Origin: Eledone cirrhosa
Taxonomy: Eukaryota
DNA: 64,000 bases
NCBI GenBank assembly: GCA_964016885.1
Contig: OZ024756.1
Location: 22,816,001 to 22,880,000, forward strand
Direction of reading: 5' to 3'
Shown: piece by piece, positions 1 through 12,843 of the stretch
How positions within the stretch are numbered: position 1 is the first letter of the stretch
Layout: each line of letters opens with the position of its first letter
The notes under the pieces: model-generated
The model's database searches: none
What the model was told of the DNA's origin: nothing
What the model saw: only the letters and a program-made list of their open reading frames with translations
Made by a program: the position numbers and the translations under genes

Positions 1-9
1 ATGTATGTA

Positions 10-360
10 CTCCTCTACAGCGCTGAGACTTGGACCATCCTCAAACAAGACCTGACCAAGCTCCAAGTGTTTCAAATGTGATGTCTTCTTCAAATCCTTG
101 GTGTCTCTCTACGAGAATGAATCACAAATAAACAACAGCATCTGAGAACAATTCCAGCAGCGGTCAACCATTGAGGACCAAATCCGGCAACGCAGGCTGC
201 AGTGGTTTGACCACGTCTGCAGAATGAACACCGGAAGACTACCATACAAAATTTTGTCACGTCAGTGACCCATGCACTGAAGAATCCAGCGCAGCGCACC
301 GAAGAAGACAGGGGCGAAACATATCGAGGAGGACATGAAATCGCAGCGCCATGGATAGAA
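10..360 (+). pseudogene. RTE-clade LINE ORF2 C-terminal fragment (decayed)
   Basis: Manual translation from nt 10 gives LLYSAETWTILKQDLTKLQVFQM*CLLQILGVSLRE*ITN, the post-RT motif of RTE LINEs, with in-frame stops. Confidence 0.8.
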
Positions 361-839
361 TAGCGTGGAAGAATATCCTCATCGGTGTCTATCTTCCTTT
401 AACACCTACAACAGCGTATTGGTTGAAAGTAGAACTTCCAGCAGTCGCCGGCTAGGGACCAAAGCGAAGAGGTGTATATGTATATTGTATGTAGGGACCC
501 ATAGGAGGACGCCCTATTTACATAGGGTCTGTCGTGACCAATTAAAACCTGGTGAAGCCCATCTCCTCTCCTGGACTGAACTTAACCGATTTCTTCAGGA
601 GAATAAGAGAGAAGAAATATGAAATATGAAAGATATATAGAGGAAGAAGTAAACCTAGACCTAGATTAATAATTTTCTCATCAACATCGAAAAGATGAAA
701 GGCAAAATTGACTGCGGTAGTTTTTGAAATCAGAGCACGGTGAGTCTGAATGAATACATTAAATCATTCTGTCCGTTGAGAATTTTGTTTACATTTAATT
801 CTTATCCCTCGAAAATATGTTACCTTCTTTAGAGAATCG

Positions 840-1620
840 TTGCTCCGACAGTACTTAGAAGAACTTTCCTTGAGGACTACGGATTTCAATGACTCGTGTC
901 TTATCAGTATGATGCTGGTTCTCTTGCTTTTTAGCAAAGTCTGTTTCCTTGCATGAATATTAATTCCTCCTACATATTTGTAGATTTCCCCATTAATACT
1001 GCTTTCTCTGATATATTAGATTACTCACACTGGAGCATAGCGGAAATCTTGTGCTTCTTTTCGTTTAGGATATTGTATTTTATCATCGTTTCCGTCGAAC
1101 CAGTCCGATTGTTTCATGACAGTAAGACTCAAATGTTGGACCACTGCTCTATACATTTGATTTCTCAAATTTGATCATCTATCCATCCTCTTCATTTATT
1201 TCAACAAACTATTGGTTGCGTACCTCAATGATGATGTATTTTAGAAATCTGTCAGGGTTATATCCTGATTTCAATGTGGTAGTGTTGAGATTTGGAGGGA
1301 ATTAATACACTGTGCTCTTCTATTTTGGTTTGACAATCATTACAAGTAGGAAAATCAGTGAGCGAACCAATATTCTGCTTCACGCTGTTGACCGTTGTGG
1401 CAGGACTTGGATCATGGATGCATTCATGTGACTTGTTGATATCTAGAAGATGGAATATATTAGCTGTGGTTAAAATATTTGTACTGCAAACATTCAGTCG
1501 GATAGGAACCTTATTATTATTGTATTTCTCTTTAACCATGTTAGCAACGCTTTTGCAAGCTTGGATGTTTGTGCCTACTCTTGTTTTGCAATCATGTTAT
1601 GGGACTAATTTGTCTACAAT
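840..1620 (-). pseudogene. RTE/BovB-like LINE ORF2 fragment (APE-RT linker), decayed
   Basis: The minus strand reads ...VPIRLNV... and KQSDWFDGNDDKIQ...LNEKKHK, resembling the RTE KHQDWFDEND motif. Frameshifts and stops are present. Confidence 0.6.
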
Positions 1621-2109
1621 GAGAAAGCTGTCGAAACAGCAAGTCGAATTATATATAATTCGATAAACTAATTAGCAAAACTAATTAGCATTAATAATAA
1701 TTAGCGAGACACAAATAATAGCAAAACACATAATAATTGTTAAAAATGAGACGTTTAGCAAAATTAATAAATAATATATATTTGACGAAAACAAGGATAG
1801 TTATGCTGAATAATTAGCATAATTAAGATCTTCCGATAGTAGATTGTAAATCTCTATATGTGGGATTCCTTGTACCTTGAGATTCGATTAGATGTAAGTT
1901 TCAACCTTTTTCTGAGTTAAATACATAGCGAAAATATACATAATACTACACAAACGTTCGGTAAACACAATTCAAGAGGCTATAAGGAGACAAAGCAGAT
2001 AAGAAAATGTTTGACTTGAAGGCGATCAAGACAGCAAGTAAAAGTACACCACCAACGGTAATAAATACCAAAGCTAACAGTCACAACTACAAGGATATGG
2101 TCCGAACGT

Positions 2110-2210
2110 CGAAGAGCCGAACTCCCACTATCATCGCCTCCATCTTTCTAACCCTCCCCATCTCTCTGTATGGTGAGCAAATAGGGTCCCACGTGCTGGC
2201 CGCCTTAGAT
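2110..2210 (+). repeat. Dispersed repeat family of unknown class
   Basis: cccactatcatcgcctccatc...ccccatctct...ggtgagcaaatagggtcccacgtgctggcc recurs at about 45545-45640 and, more diverged, at about 13925-14030. Confidence 0.6.
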
Positions 2211-2644
2211 TAATGTGTATTTTCTGAGAGGAGAGTGGTAAGAAACTCTCTGGGGAGCTGGACAACAGAAGGTCTTCAGAGAAGTTGTCTCAAGCAAAAA
2301 TTCCGGACCTACGTATAGAAAAGTTTATTTTGTCTATATTTAGTGGGTCTCTATTTCAGTTAGATTTTATGTACTAGTCTTGTTGCCTTCGTTAGCTGAC
2401 TGGATTGTTGGCTAATACATGTTGCAGGCTGAAGCAAGTTAGTAGAGTCATATGATTGAATGGTTTGAGATTAAATGTGTTTTATCCAAATAAGCATGCT
2501 GAAAGAAGTTCATCTGTATAGTTCACCTCAACACATATTATACTATATATCGGAGTAGAATGCTGCTAAATGTTCGGTCGCCCTCATGTCTCTGATTTTC
2601 AGCCCCATGGATTTTGTCTATTATATTCCTTTGTTATATTTCAA

Positions 2645-2702
2645 ATACCTGATGATGTCACCGGATTCATACTGAACCCGGTCATTGAAATGATCATAGT
2701 AT
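2645..2702 (+). ncRNA. Type I hammerhead ribozyme motif
   Basis: atac CTGATGA tgtcaccgg..ccggtca tt GAAA tgatca TA gtat. Stem I is atac/gtat and stem III is the palindrome ATGATCAT, followed by aataaa. Confidence 0.75.
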
Positions 2703-2890
2703 AATAAACATTTTAAGGAATTACACCAGTCCAGCCTCCTGTTATTTTATAATAATTAACTCCGTACTCGCACCACCAACTACACAAACGAAGACGGGTG
2801 AGTTGCATTACGTTGAGTGCTCTCCATAATATTACATCGAGGTTGACCATATGAAATGACCAGTTCTATGCAGTGGTAAACCAACAAACC

Positions 2891-2933
<43 letters not shown>

Positions 2934-2992
2934 CTGCCATGACTGACTGATCCTTAACCATCTATTTAGTCAAGGTATGTCATGCATCATCT

Positions 2993-3059
2993 TATTTTAT
3001 CTGATGAGGACGTACTGTTGAAGATAGCTCAGTACCTCTGAAATATGTATAAGAAAATA
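2993..3059 (+). ncRNA. Type I hammerhead ribozyme motif (slightly decayed)
   Basis: tattttat CTGATGA ggacgtactg..cagtacctct GAAA tatgta TA agaaaata. Stem I pairs 7 of 8 bp. Confidence 0.65.
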
Positions 3060-3283
3060 TACTTGATCACACGAATGTCTATATTTGTTAATATTTTGAA
3101 TTAATATATATATATAAACATCCACGCACACACCTTTGTGTATGTGTATGCGGGTTTGTGAAGTATTTAACTCTTCTAGGAAGAGGTAACTAGCCGAAAC
3201 CACCTGACATCGCAGTAAATACAATACTTCACTAATACACCCTCTCTGCCTCATACCATATAATCAAATATTACTTTGAATTG

Positions 3284-3475
3284 TGGTCTTCCCGGTATTC
3301 GTAATCGTGAGGATGTGAGTTCGATTCAGAGACCGATACGTTATGTCCTTAGGCAAGACACTTTATTTCACGTTGCTCCTTCTAGCTGGAGTTTCGACCG
3401 ATAGATAGTATTAACAATTGGAAAGACCAATGGAAACATTGTTTCCACGGTCCGATTTGACGAAAGTCGATCGAC
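3284..3475 (+). mobile_element. tRNA-derived SINE, family A
   Basis: B-box-like gagttcgattc and core tgtccttaggcaagacactttatttcacgttgctcc. Same family as 55537-55751. Confidence 0.75.
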
Positions 3476-3638
3476 TGTCTATATATTTATATATAGACAG
3501 TCGATCGACTTTCGTCAAATATATATATATATATATATATAAAGATTTACATATACATAAAGTCACAGATATATATGTGGCAACCGGTCACGATGTGGCT
3601 CAATGAAGAATTAATAAATTAAATAATTAGAGCAGTAT

Positions 3639-3792
3639 ATCATAAATCATGTCCTTAGAATTATTAGATAAAATATATACCATTTCCTCTCCCAATTAGC
3701 ATAATTAACCATATAAAAATGGTTAATTATGCTAATTGGGAGAGGAAATGGTATATATTTTATCTAATAATTCTAAGGACATGATTTATGAT
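3639..3792. repeat. Fold-back palindrome (74-bp arms, 6-nt loop) between TA tracts
   Basis: atcataaatc...aaccat / ataaaa / atggtt...gatttatgat. It contains tattttat-ctaataa, possibly a decayed HHR 5' half. Confidence 0.85.
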
Positions 3793-3819
<27 letters not shown>

Positions 3820-3826
<7 letters not shown>

Positions 3827-4256
3827 TAAACAAATAATGAACAAACAATTCCTTATATTAAACAAAAAAAGTTCACTATTTAACGATCGTTTCTAGGGCA
3901 TATATGTGTTATAATTGGTATGCATATTTAACAGATCTATGTACAAAATTATACAAAATTATACAAATTATCAAGATTAAATATACATACCTAACTCATA
4001 TATACGCCGTCTTCAGAAATAATGAAGTATATTTATTGATAATAACAACAATTCAAAATGTCAGTTCAAAATTGACCAATGAAAACACAAGGAATTGTTT
4101 GTTCATTATTTGTTTAATATTTTATCTTGACTCTGTATACCGTTTATCTTTCACCGAAAGTGGATTTTCATTACATCTCTTCTTTCCATGATATCCGGAA
4201 TACATTGAGTTCTTCATACGGATTGGACACTACCGTAAACTCTTGGTAGATTTATC

Positions 4257-4260
<4 letters not shown>
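3820..4260. mobile_element. HHR-bearing Penelope-like terminal element with inverted 5' arm
   Basis: TA-flanked. Shares its 3' end (...ctcttggtagatttatctaca) with 5346-5652, and its arms are related to 27481-27716. Confidence 0.65.
3877..4021 (-). ncRNA. Type I hammerhead ribozyme motif with long stem II insert
   Basis: Reverse complement: tattt CTGAAGA cggcgtatatatg...catatatgcccta GAAA cgatcg TT aaata. Stem III is the palindrome ACGATCGT. Confidence 0.6.
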
Positions 4261-4303
<43 letters not shown>

Positions 4304-4572
4304 AGAGAGAGACAGAGAGAGAGAGGTATGTGTATGTGGAACAATATAACAAAGTTTAATACCCAATCAGTTCCTTGTTTTACGAACGTTTCTGAAGGTT
4401 GATTGATCATGATAAATCGATTAAGTGATTAATCTATAATAGTTATTTCACTCCGTTTTATTAGTCTCTATAATATAGATCAATCTCATCGTCTTCGTTA
4501 GAATCATTACTTCTGTAGGACAGATGGAGATCTAACAGTGTTTTTGAACCTATCAGAGACAAGTAGATACCA

Positions 4573-4618
<46 letters not shown>

Positions 4619-4666
4619 ATGAAATGACAGGAGGCTGGATTTGTGTAAATCCTTGAAAGGTTTATT

Positions 4667-4724
4667 ATACTATGATCATTTCAATGACCGGGTTCCGTAT
4701 GAATCCGGTGATATCATCAGTTAT
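4667..4724 (-). ncRNA. Type I hammerhead ribozyme motif (inverted relative of 2645-2702)
   Basis: Reverse complement: ataa CTGATGA tatcaccgg..ccggtcatt GAAA tgatca TA gtat. The flanks 4615-4810 match 2560-2750 in reverse. Confidence 0.65.
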
Positions 4725-5127
4725 TCGAAATATAATACGTGAATGTAATAGATAAAATCCATGGGGCAGAAAATCGAGGACCCGAGGGCGACCGCTATTC
4801 TGCTCCTTCAACCTCAGCAGGTGGCCCTATATATACATATATATATACATATATATATATATATTTATACATATATATATACATATATATATATACATAT
4901 ATATATATACATACATATATACATATATATATATACATATATATAGATGCATACATACATACATACATATATATATATATATACACAGTTCAAGAGTAAC
5001 CAATCTTAAAGAGAGAGATGCAGATAGGAGAGGAGAAATGTGAAATTTGTGGTCTTGTTTTGCTTAACTAATGAATATATATATCTCAAAATGTGAGAAA
5101 AACCACAGAACCTCCATCTCAACTCTA

Positions 5128-5163
5128 CTTTTGAAAAGCAGAAGAACTGCGAAACATGTAAAG
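5128..5163 (+). ncRNA. Hammerhead ribozyme variant with U3-A8 core
   Basis: ctt TTGAAAA gcag aagaa ctgc GAAA catg TA aag. Same family as 48190-48319. Confidence 0.6.
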
Positions 5164-5307
5164 GAACCAAATAAATATATATATTTTTTTAAATAAGACT
5201 CCAGTTGCATTTTCGATTTCTTCTTTTTTTCTTTATACTTTCACTCGTGTAGGACACCTCGGTTATTTTTCATTTTGTAAAAGTAAAAAACCAAAAAAAA
5301 ACCTCAC

Positions 5308-5345
<38 letters not shown>

Positions 5346-5352
<7 letters not shown>

Positions 5353-5652
5353 TAAACAAATAATGAATAAACAATGAAACAGTTCCTTATATTAAACAAA
5401 AAAAGTTCATTATGTTTAATATAAAAAAAGTTCATTATGTTTAATACAAAAAAAGTTCATTTTGTTTAATATAAGGAACTGTTTCATTGTTTATTCATTA
5501 TTTGTTTAATATTTTACCTTGACTCTGTATACCGTTTATCTTTCACCGAAAGTGATTTTTCATTACATCTCTTCTTTCCATGATATCCGGAATACATTGA
5601 GTTCTTCATACGGATTGGACACTACCGTAAACTCTTGGTAGATTTATCTACA
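5346..5652. mobile_element. Fold-back Penelope-like terminal element
   Basis: Inverted arms aaaatattaaacaaataatgaa.../...ttcattatttgtttaatatttt surround three ~23-nt tandem units. The 3' tail is nearly identical to 4100-4260. Confidence 0.65.
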
Positions 5653-5716
5653 TATATATATATATATATATATATATAAAGCAAAACTAGGCTCACATTA
5701 GGGTTTGTTTATGCAC

Positions 5717-5800
5717 AGTTACGAGCGTTTCACAGGTGGGTGGCTCAGGATATTTGTAAATGCTATAGACCTGGCCCCAGGCAGATCAGCTCATCAGACT
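5717..5800 (-). ncRNA. Type I hammerhead ribozyme motif with extended stem II
   Basis: Reverse complement: agt CTGATGA gctgatc...cacctgt GAAA cgctcg TA act. Confidence 0.55.
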
Positions 5801-5959
5801 AGTTATTCAAAGAAAATCAAAATCTCATCTACGTATATATATATATATATATTCCACATCAAAAGTTAACGTGAGGATTTGCAAAATATATATTCAAATA
5901 TATATAATTCGCTACAGAGACAATGAATGAGCTGTGAACAACTTTGAATTGAATTTAAA

Positions 5960-7420
<1,461 letters not shown>

Positions 7421-8119
7421 CGCACAGAAAATGCAACCCAATTCAAATCTGTGTAAATTCCAGGAGCAAATATTTACTCCATACAGAATATACATATAAC
7501 CGTTTATTCGGTCGTTCGGTCGTTAAAAGGTTTCGGTTGATTTAAGAGACACATCATTACGATGAAATCACATTAATGAAAGATATTAAAAAAAAAATTT
7601 CAAGTATGAAGTATTCATGAGGCGCTTCATGAATACTTCAGTGCAGGCCACTTCATTAAAAATAGTCAAATATTTGTAAACATTTGAAGGAAACTTGCAT
7701 GCTCTAAATGGTACTTAACCCACATCAAATATAGAGTCAGAATTCACAGTATACATAATTTAAACAAACAGTGTAGACAGAGTGCTTCACTAAATAACAG
7801 ACTGGAAAATATACAGTTCTGTGAATGGATGATTTCATAAAAGCGATAATCTCCAAAGTGAAGGAGTGCGGTTATAATTTTCTTTAGAAGTGTAAATCAA
7901 TTTTGTTGACACACTCGTCTTCAGCATACACTCTCAAATATATTTAAGTTACGGTCTCTTTTCGATTATACACCCACCTCAGGTATGTATGTATATACTA
8001 TTTGTAATTGGTAAGCCTTCTACATTGTTCTGCTACTATGCATGTGTATTTATATATGCGTACATACATACATACATACACATATATATATATATATATA
8101 TATTTCCCACACACTTCTC

Positions 8120-8151
8120 ACCTGAGGAAGGGCTTATGCCCGAAACGTCGT
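8120..8151 (+). ncRNA. Minimal type I hammerhead ribozyme motif
   Basis: ac CTGAGGA a gggc ttat gccc GAAA cg TC gt. Stem III is the palindrome ACGT; stem I is only 2 bp. Confidence 0.7.
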
Positions 8152-8381
8152 TCCCCACCAACACCCCACTCTCCAGAGCGTGAAATTAATAAACATTTAT
8201 TGTACTGCCTCTCTGTTTGTTCCTGTTCAAATGTTTCCATTATATATAATACACGCTCACACGGCTTCCATTCCTTGGAACATAACTTAACTACTGGCTC
8301 AACCCCGATCTAATCCGCCGTGACCTTTCTCCGAACTTTACACACCTTCCCACACTTGAACTCTGTTCCCACACACCTCTC

Positions 8382-8413
8382 ACCTGAGGAAGAGCTTATG
8401 CCCGAAACGTCGT
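8382..8413 (+). ncRNA. Minimal type I hammerhead ribozyme motif (second copy)
   Basis: ac CTGAGGA a gagc ttat gccc GAAA cg TC gt. Confidence 0.65.
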
Positions 8414-8882
8414 TCCCCACCAACACGCCACTCTCCAGAGCGTGAAATTAATAAACATTCGTTGTACTGCCTCTCTGTTTTATCCCTGTTCAAATTTTTC
8501 CATTATATATATAAACATACATACATATACATACATACACATACATACATATATATATAAAAACATACATATATATATATAAACATACATACATATATAT
8601 ATAAACATACATACATATATATATAAACATATATATATATATATAAACATACATACATATACATACATACACATACATATATATATATATGTATAAACAT
8701 ACATACATATACATACATACACATATATATATTATATATATATATATATAAACATACATACATATGCATACATACACATACATATATATATATATATAAA
8801 CATATATACATATATATATAAACATACATATATATATACATATATATATATATAAACATACATATATATACATACATACATT

Positions 8883-9110
8883 CATGGTGGCTGCCAACTC
8901 GTTTTCGAGTACGGCCACTACTTTATATCCATGTAGGAGAACCTCTACCGATGCACTGAACGAGTGTGACTTTTTAGTCCAGCCAGAGAGATCTCCAGAT
9001 ATAAAGCATTGCCTGTGCCATGAGGCTTTTATAGTGAACAAAGGCACTGCACAAAGACAGTCCCACTCTCTTAACCAAGATGATATTTGCCAAAAAGGAG
9101 AACAAGTCAT
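8883..9110 (-). mobile_element. RTE-related non-autonomous retroposon (5'-truncated, internal deletion)
   Basis: Starts catggtggctgccaactcgttttcgagtacggcc after (TACA)n. Same family as 11513, 36531, 37122 and 50840. Confidence 0.75.
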
Positions 9111-9317
9111 ACATATATACATACATACATATACATACATATATATATATATATAAACATACATACATATATATATATAAACATACATACATATATATAT
9201 AAACATACATATATATATATATAAACATATATATATATATATATATAAACATATATATATATATATATAAACATACATATATATATATATATAAACATAC
9301 ATATATATATATATATA

Positions 9318-9358
<41 letters not shown>

Positions 9359-9943
9359 ATATATATATATATATAAACATACATATATATATATATAAAC
9401 ATACATATATATATATAAACATACATATATATATATATAAACATACATATATATATATATAAACATACATATATATATATATAAACATACATATATATAT
9501 ATAAACATATATATATATATACATACATATATATATATATAAACATATATATATATATATATATATAAACATATATATATATATATATATATAAACATAT
9601 ATATATATATATATATATATAAACATATATATATATATATATAAACATATATATATATATATAAACATATATATATATATATATATATAAACATATATAT
9701 ATATACATATATATAAACATATATATATATATAAATATAAACATATATATATATATAAACATATATATATATATATATATATATATTGTTATACTTTGGG
9801 AGGGTCATGTTGCCAATAAGAAACACACGCACCAGTTGCTTTCACTTCAATTTAATTTAATATATATTTATAAATTTACAAATTTATAAATTTCTGGTTG
9901 GTTGGTTGGTTCCACAACCAGATAGTTGTTTATATATATATAT

Positions 9944-9988
9944 AGTCATAGTTCTTTCGTCACACACTCTGTGACCTCTTCAGTGACT
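9944..9988 (-). ncRNA. Type I hammerhead ribozyme motif (mirror copy)
   Basis: Reverse complement of 10098-10142. Confidence 0.8.
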
Positions 9989-10097
9989 GGGGGTTTCTTT
10001 CTTCGTTTCTGTGCCTTTCCTTTCTTCTATCCTACGCCATTTTGTTTGGCGTAGGATAGAAGAAAGGAAAGGCACAGAAACGAAGAAAGAAACCCCC

Positions 10098-10142
10098 AGT
10101 CACTGAAGAGGTCACAGAGTGTGTGACGAAAGAACTATGACT
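10098..10142 (+). ncRNA. Type I hammerhead ribozyme motif
   Basis: agtca CTGAAGA g gtcac agagtgt gtgac GAAA gaac TA tgact. Stem I is 5 bp and stem II is 5 bp. Confidence 0.8.
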
Positions 10143-10383
10143 ATATATATATATAAACAACTATCTGGTTGTGGAACCAACCAACCAACCAGAAATTTAT
10201 AAATTTGTAAATTTATAAATATATATTAAATTAAATTGAAGTGAAAGCAACTGGTGCGTGTGTTTCTTATTGGCAACATGACCCTCCCAAAGTATAACAA
10301 TATCGGTTTCAACACACGATTTCAGATAAAGAATCTTGCTAAACAAATTCAGAAACGAAATATATATATATATATATATAAAC

Positions 10384-10418
<35 letters not shown>

Positions 10419-10506
10419 AACATATATATATATATATATATATATAAACATATATATATATATATATATAAACATATATATATATATAAACATATATATA
10501 TATATA

Positions 10507-10541
<35 letters not shown>

Positions 10542-10993
10542 AATAGAATGAAACGAAATTTCATTTCTCACTCTTAAAAGGGCACTTACTTAAATGTAAT
10601 ATATATATATATAAACATATATACATACAACCATACACGCGCACACACATATATAGAAAGGTATATATATATATATATTAAAATATTCATAGATACACGT
10701 ACATATACATGTGTGTGTGTGTGGTAGTGGAGTGCTTTGGTGTGTTTGTATCAGATGAATTGAAAGGTTCGCAAATCTATTAAGCGCTTAAAAGGAAAAC
10801 GTTATACACAGAGATGTGCTCCTGCATATTGATGTGCCCGTAAGCGGCCTCTATTGTAAGGTCTGACGAAAGACGTGATAAAACCTTGCTGACTTAAACA
10901 TCCAGCTTTGATAAAATATTCATCTGTAGAGTCGATCATGCTGTTATTCAGACACATGTGAGCATCTATCATACACACACATATACAATACAC

Positions 10994-11032
<39 letters not shown>

Positions 11033-11437
11033 TCCCACACACATACATATATACTCACATACACACACACACACAAACAGACACATAAATACACACATAT
11101 ATACACTCACATACATACAGATATACAATACACTGTATATATATATATATATATATATATATGCCCCACACATACATATATACTTACACACACACACGCA
11201 CACCCACACACTTATAGACACATACATACACACACATATATACACTAACATACATACAGATATACAATACACCGTATATATATATATATATGTGTATATA
11301 TATGTATATACCCACACACATACTTGTATATACACATATACACACACAGACATACATACACACATATATACACTCACATACATACACATATACATTGCAT
11401 ATATATATATATACACCCACACACATACATATATACT

Positions 11438-11485
<48 letters not shown>

Positions 11486-11512
11486 CATACACACACATAC
11501 ATATATGCATGC

Positions 11513-12100
11513 ATGATGCTGGCTGCCCCCTCGTTTTCGATTACGGCCACTACTTTATATCCATGTAGGAGAACCCCTACAGATGCGCTGAACAAACACT
11601 ACACTTGGTACAAACACTACACTTGTGACAATTATTGACACATAGTGCTGGGCCCATGGTACCATGTGATGACAAGTGCAGAGAGATCTCCAGATATAAA
11701 GCAATGCCTGTGCCGTGAAGCTTTTATAGTGAGCAAAGGCACTGCACAAAACCAGTCCCACTCTCTTAACCAAGATGATATTTACCAAAAAGAAGAACAA
11801 GTCAACATCATTAGATACCATCAGGGTTCCAGGTGTTATATCAGAGTTTTCCTTCTCCTAGAATTCTGCCTTGACGAAGGCTAAGGGGTCATCTCTCCCG
11901 GTGATTTTGTATGGTCATTGACTCTTAAGAGCTCCTTTGCCCTTTGACAGGTTTTGTTTTTAGTCCTGCAGGATGCCAAAGTCACCCTCCACACCAAGAA
12001 ATCTTGGTGTGGTTGCCAGTTTTAGTCGCCAATGATCCGACCATGGGACAGGTTGTACAGGATACATGTTACCAGTAGCACCAACTGGTGACCTGACATA
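11513..12100 (-). mobile_element. RTE-related non-autonomous retroposon (longest copy)
   Basis: The reverse complement contains CTAGGAGAAGGAAAACTCTGA, an RTE 5'-region-like motif. The 3' end abuts a TACA/CA microsatellite. Confidence 0.75.
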
Positions 12101-12540
12101 GTATACATACATACATACATACAAACATACATACATACAAACACACATACATACATAAATACATACACACACACACACATATATACATACATACATATAT
12201 ACATACATACAATCATACATACATTTATACATACATACAAACATACCGTAGTATTAGAACTTTCGTACATTACGCAAATGTACACTTAAAACTTGTGGGT
12301 TGAGTTTAAATGTTTATTTTGCAAATAGAAAATTGACAGTGATTTCGAAGTTTCAGTTGGGCCGCGTCGGCTAAGAGAAAAGAGTACTCAATACCAAAGT
12401 AGAGTTTAAATATTCATTTTATTAAGGCTAAATAGTGTGCTTATAGTTAGGTGGAACTCCAGAGTAACAAGACTCACTCGCCTTAAGTATACACACACAC
12501 ACACTCATATATATATATATTATATATATATATATATATA

Positions 12541-12610
12541 TTAAGCCGTTATGTATGAAATTTGTAGAAATTTAATTTATTTCTACAAACTTCATACTTG
12601 ACTATCCAAT
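12541..12610. mobile_element. Short TIR MITE (Tc1/mariner-like)
   Basis: gtatgaaatttgtagaaat...atttctacaaacttcatac. Relatives lie at 39835-39907 and 32659-32735. Confidence 0.55.
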
Positions 12611-12687
12611 ATATATATATATATATTTGTATATATATATATATCAATGATATTAATAAATGGAAACTATATTTATAAAACTATATT

Positions 12688-12747
12688 TATTTTATTATAA
12701 ATATTTCAAGGGTACAAAACTTTGGTACGCCCTCATCAGATAAAATA
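12688..12747 (-). ncRNA. Type I hammerhead ribozyme motif
   Basis: Reverse complement: tattttat CTGATGA gggcgtac caaagtttt gtaccctt GAAA tattta TA ataaaata. Stem I is 8 bp. Confidence 0.7.
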
Positions 12748-12801
12748 CATTTTTTTTGTAAATGGTGACTTACCCAAGAAGTTCAGGTTCAGGTTCAGTT
12801 T

Positions 12802-12843
<42 letters not shown>

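Larger units (their letters stand above)
8104..8510 (+). mobile_element. Tandem direct repeat (period 262 bp), each unit with a minimal HHR; Penelope pseudo-LTR-like
   Basis: ttcccacacac..ctcacctgaggaag(g/a)gcttatgcccgaaacgtcgttccccaccaacac...ttccattatatata occurs at 8104 and 8366. Confidence 0.8.
9783..10360. mobile_element. Perfect fold-back element (257-bp arms, 7-nt loop) carrying an HHR in each arm
   Basis: 9783-10039 is the reverse complement of 10047-10303, with loop ttttgtt. The right arm continues about 55 bp to a TA tract. Confidence 0.9.

Noticed and set aside
1081-1110. GSTET as a GIY-YIG motif
   Set aside because: The overlapping frame DWFDGNDD plus neighbouring motifs fit RTE ORF2 better.
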